Shown here in pieces: positions 60,619 through 64,000 of a stretch of 64,000 nt of DNA. The first letter of the stretch is position 1; the number at the start of each line of letters is the position of its first letter. The position numbers were made by a program, and so were the translations under genes. Under the pieces are notes generated by a model. It was not told the DNA's origin, made no database searches, and worked only from the letters and a program-made list of their open reading frames with translations. Origin of the DNA: Squalus acanthias (lineage: Eukaryota); contig CM059431.1 of NCBI GenBank assembly GCA_030390025.1, positions 144,896,001 through 144,960,000 on the forward strand. Reading direction: 5' to 3'.

Positions 60619-62458
60619 ATAAGAACATAAGAAATAGGAGCAGGAGTAGGCCAATCGGCCCTTCGAGCCTGCTCCGCCATTCAATAAGATCATGGCTGAT
60701 CTGATCCTCACCTCAAATCTAAAGAACACAAGAAGTAGGAGCAGGACCCGGCCACTCAGCCCCTGGGCCCGCTACGCCACCCACAGGGCCTCGACCGATC
60801 CGAACTCAGCCTCATGTCCAATTTCCTGCCCGCTCCCCGTAACCCCTAATTCCCTTTACTTCTAGGAAACTTAATGATGTAGCTTCCACAGCTTCCTGGG
60901 GCAGCAAATTCCACAGACCTACTACCCTCTGAGTGAAGAAGTTTCTCCTCATCTCAGTTTTGAAAGAGCAGCCCCTTATTCTAAGATTATGCCCCCTAGT
61001 TCTAGTTTCACCCATCCTTGGGAACATCCTTACCGCATCCACCCGATCAAGCCCTTCACAATCTTATATGTTTCAATAAGATCGCCACTCATTCTTCTGA
61101 ACTCCAATGAGTAGAGTCCCAATCTACTCAACCTCTCCTCGTATGTCCACCCCCTCATCCCGGGGATTAACCGAGTGAACCTTCTTTGTACTGCCTCGAG
61201 AGCAAGTATGTCTTTTCTTAAGTATGGACACCAAAACTGTATGCAGTATTCCAGATGCGGTCTCACCAATACCTTATATAACTGCAGCAATACCTCCCTG
61301 TTTTTATAATCTATCCCCCTAGCAATAAAATCCAACATTCCGTTGGCCTTCTTGATCACCTGCTGCACCTGCATACTAACTTTTTGATTTTCTTGCACTA
61401 GGACCCCCAGATCCCTTTGTACTGCAGTACTTTCCAGTTTCTCGCCATTAAGATAATAACTTGCTCTCTGATTTTTCCTGCCAAAGTGCATAACCTCACA
61501 TTTTCCAATATTGTATTGCATCTGCCAAATCTCTGCCCACTCACCCAGCTTGTCTATATCACCTTGTAGGTTTTTTATGTCCTCCTCACTTTCTACTTTC
61601 CCTCCCATCTTTGTATCATCTGCAAACCTTGATATGTTACACTCAGTCCCCTCCTCGTTAATATAGATTGTAAAGAGTTGGGGACCCAGCACCGACCCCT
61701 GCGGAACACCACTGGCTACGGGTTGCCAGTCCGAGAATGAACCATTTATCCCAACTCTCTGCTTCCTGTTAGATAACCAATCCTCCACCCATGCCAGAAT
61801 ATTACCCCCAATCCAGTGATTTTTTTATCTTGAGCAATAATCTTTTATGTGGCACCTTGTCGAATGCCTTCTGGAAGTCTAAATACACTACGTCCATTGG
61901 TTCCCCTTTATCCACCCTGTACATTATGTCCTCAAAGAACTCAAGCAAATTTGTCAGACATGATTTCCCCTTCATAAAGCAATGCTGACTTTGTCCTATC
62001 AAATTATGTTTATCTAAATGTTCCGTTACTGTCTCCTTAATAATCGACTCCAAAATTTTACCCACCACAGATGTTAGACTAACTGGTCTATAATTTCCAT
62101 CTTTCTGCCTACTACCCTTTTTAAATAAGGGTGTCACATTAGCAGTTTTCCAATCTGCCGGGACCTTTGCTGATTCCAGGGAATTTTGGAAAATTATTAC
62201 CAAAGCATCCACAATCCCTATTGCCACTTCCCTCAAGACCCTAGGATGTAAGCCATCAGGTCCAGGGGATTTATCCGCCTTGAGTCCCATTATTTTACTG
62301 AGTACCAATTCCTTAGTGATTTTAATCGTATTTAGCTCCTCCCCCCCTAGAGCCCCCTGTTTGTCCAGTGTTGGGATATTCTTAGTGTCCTCTACCGTAA
62401 AGACTGAAACAAAATATTTGTTCAGCATTTTTGCCATCTCCATGTTTCCCACCATAAT
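60619..62458 (-). mobile_element. 5'-truncated, relatively young CR1 LINE
   Basis: ORFs 61802-62455, 61030-61788 and 60812-61042 carry full RT motifs; tail cataagaacataagaa. Confidence 0.96.
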
Positions 62459-63445
62459 TTCTCACCGTTTGTAGATGTGGAACCTTGTCCGCTGCTTTAT
62501 TAAAATCCGACTGGGTCATTCCAACTGCGTTTCCCCTGCCCTACAGGCCAGTGATGTGTTTCAGAAACTCCAGCAGGTTAGTTAAAAATGACACACCGTC
62601 CCTTCAAACGAGATAATTCCCTTTTACTTTGCTCCTTTCCCAGGTGCCCAGCCACTGGATCTCTCCTGGCCTTATTTTGAACACTGGGATTATTTCAGCC
62701 ACTGTCGAGTCCTCAGGAAGCTTCTCTAATTGAGGAAACTTGCAGCAGTGTCAGTAACCGGTCACTCCTGTCAGTCCCCATTCCTTTATCTCGCGGTTTC
62801 TGGGTCTCTGGATTTCTGAATCCAGAGTTGTGTGGTTGAAAACTGTAACTACATTTAAAAAAAACCTTGATCGTTGCCTCTCATACAAACCTTCAATGAT
62901 GCACTTGTGATCCACTCCGAATATTTATCAAGCGGCCTTTGCTGATCTTTACTTTCTACCTACTGGATTCGTTGGATAATTAAAAAGCTTTTTCTTAATC
63001 CTTGATATTGCTCCTGAATAATGAATTGGACCCACGGTGCCTCCTATTGTCTTTTAAGTGAATAAATACATTAAAATTCCACACTCACTGACACTTTCTT
63101 AATTACTTTCCGCTTGTCTACTCCAGCGCTGGGATCTCCCAGAACTGCGCCACGGCCGGCGTCTCACTCGCACAGCTGGCGTTTTGTCGGAAAATTCTGG
63201 AAGCGCTTCCTCAGCTTTCATTCCATTCACATTAAAGGGCGGAAGATCGCGGGCAACACAAGCGGTAGAGATTCAGAAAGCACATAAGGAGGCCATTCGG
63301 CATCTCATGCCTCTCCCGGCTCTTTGAAATAGGAATCAAATTAGTCCAAATCCCCTGCTATTTCCCCACTGCCCAGCAACCATTTCCTTTTCAAGTATAT
63401 ATCCAATTCCTTTTTGAGATTTACTATTTTTATAAAAATGTGAGC

Positions 63446-63630
63446 AGTGGCTCTGCGGCAGCATTCTCGTCTCTGCATCAGATGGCAATGGGTTAATGTC
63501 CAGCTACAGAGACTTGAACACAAAATATATGCTGACACCTCAATGCAGTACTGAGTGTGTGCTGCACTGTCGGAGGTGCGGTCTTTTGGATGGAACGTCA
63601 AACCGAGGCACCGTCTGCCCTCTCAGGAGG
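63446..63630 (+). mobile_element. Deu-type SINE 5' part, cut by a MITE
   Basis: tgcagtactgagtgtgtgctgcactgtcggaggtgc...aaaccgaggc is the reverse complement of the SINE core at 3850-3930. Confidence 0.8.
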
Positions 63631-64000
63631 ACCCGGAACTTGCGGTCTGTCAAGAATTCTCTTTGCAGATTCTCCGCATCCCCGGGAAAAGGTCCTCCGA
63701 GGGGCCGAGAGTTGCGCTATTCACCGAACCTCCGCCCGCTACATGCCCGTGAAATTCTTACGCCTGGTAAAAGCAGGCAAAATGCTTCCCGTACCTTCCG
63801 GAACTCCAGGTAAATTCGGAGGCATCTGCCATAATGCCATCTTTTACCAGCATAAGAGTTATAACATAAGAAAAAAAAATGTTCTCATTTATACTTTAAA
63901 AACCCTGTCTAATAAGGTTAGTTTATTTTTAACCCTGTTAAAACATCTAATATACATTTTTTAAATTACATTTTTGTTTAAAATCTTTAATTAAATGGGA
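63628..64000. mobile_element. Harbinger-like MITE, truncated by the window end
   Basis: Shares tctgtcaagaat, ttacgcctggtaaaagcaggc and ttttaccagcataagagtt with the copies at 36255 and 58633. Confidence 0.75.

Overview
Eukaryotic, repeat-dominated genomic DNA, most likely from a cartilaginous fish (inferred from the repeat families and receptor type). The only host genes I can support are three two-exon class A GPCR paralogs of the GPR139/GPR142-like type: 26348-27511 (-), 41722-45449 (-) and 56514-57935 (+). Two are clear pseudogenes. The third keeps an open 304-codon exon 2 but appears to have lost its splice acceptor. The rest is mostly non-LTR retrotransposons (CR1, a second CR1-group family, L2, RTE), tRNA-derived Deu-type SINEs, Harbinger-like MITEs, hAT and Harbinger relics, and several minisatellites. 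The most notable structures are: (1) a Penelope-like inverted repeat with a target-site duplication and two hammerhead ribozyme motifs (24278-24772); (2) related minisatellite arrays starting about 430-460 bp upstream of each receptor paralog, flipping orientation between the two divergent genes, plus a 16-bp upstream motif shared by all three; (3) a 3.3-kb LINE with a tRNA-like head and no ORF1; (4) minisatellites that visibly arose from a SINE and from an L2; (5) a triplicated promoter-like unit with no recognisable CDS. Family names come from motif recognition, not database searches, and many boundaries are approximate. I see no firm evidence of a wholly new biological system.
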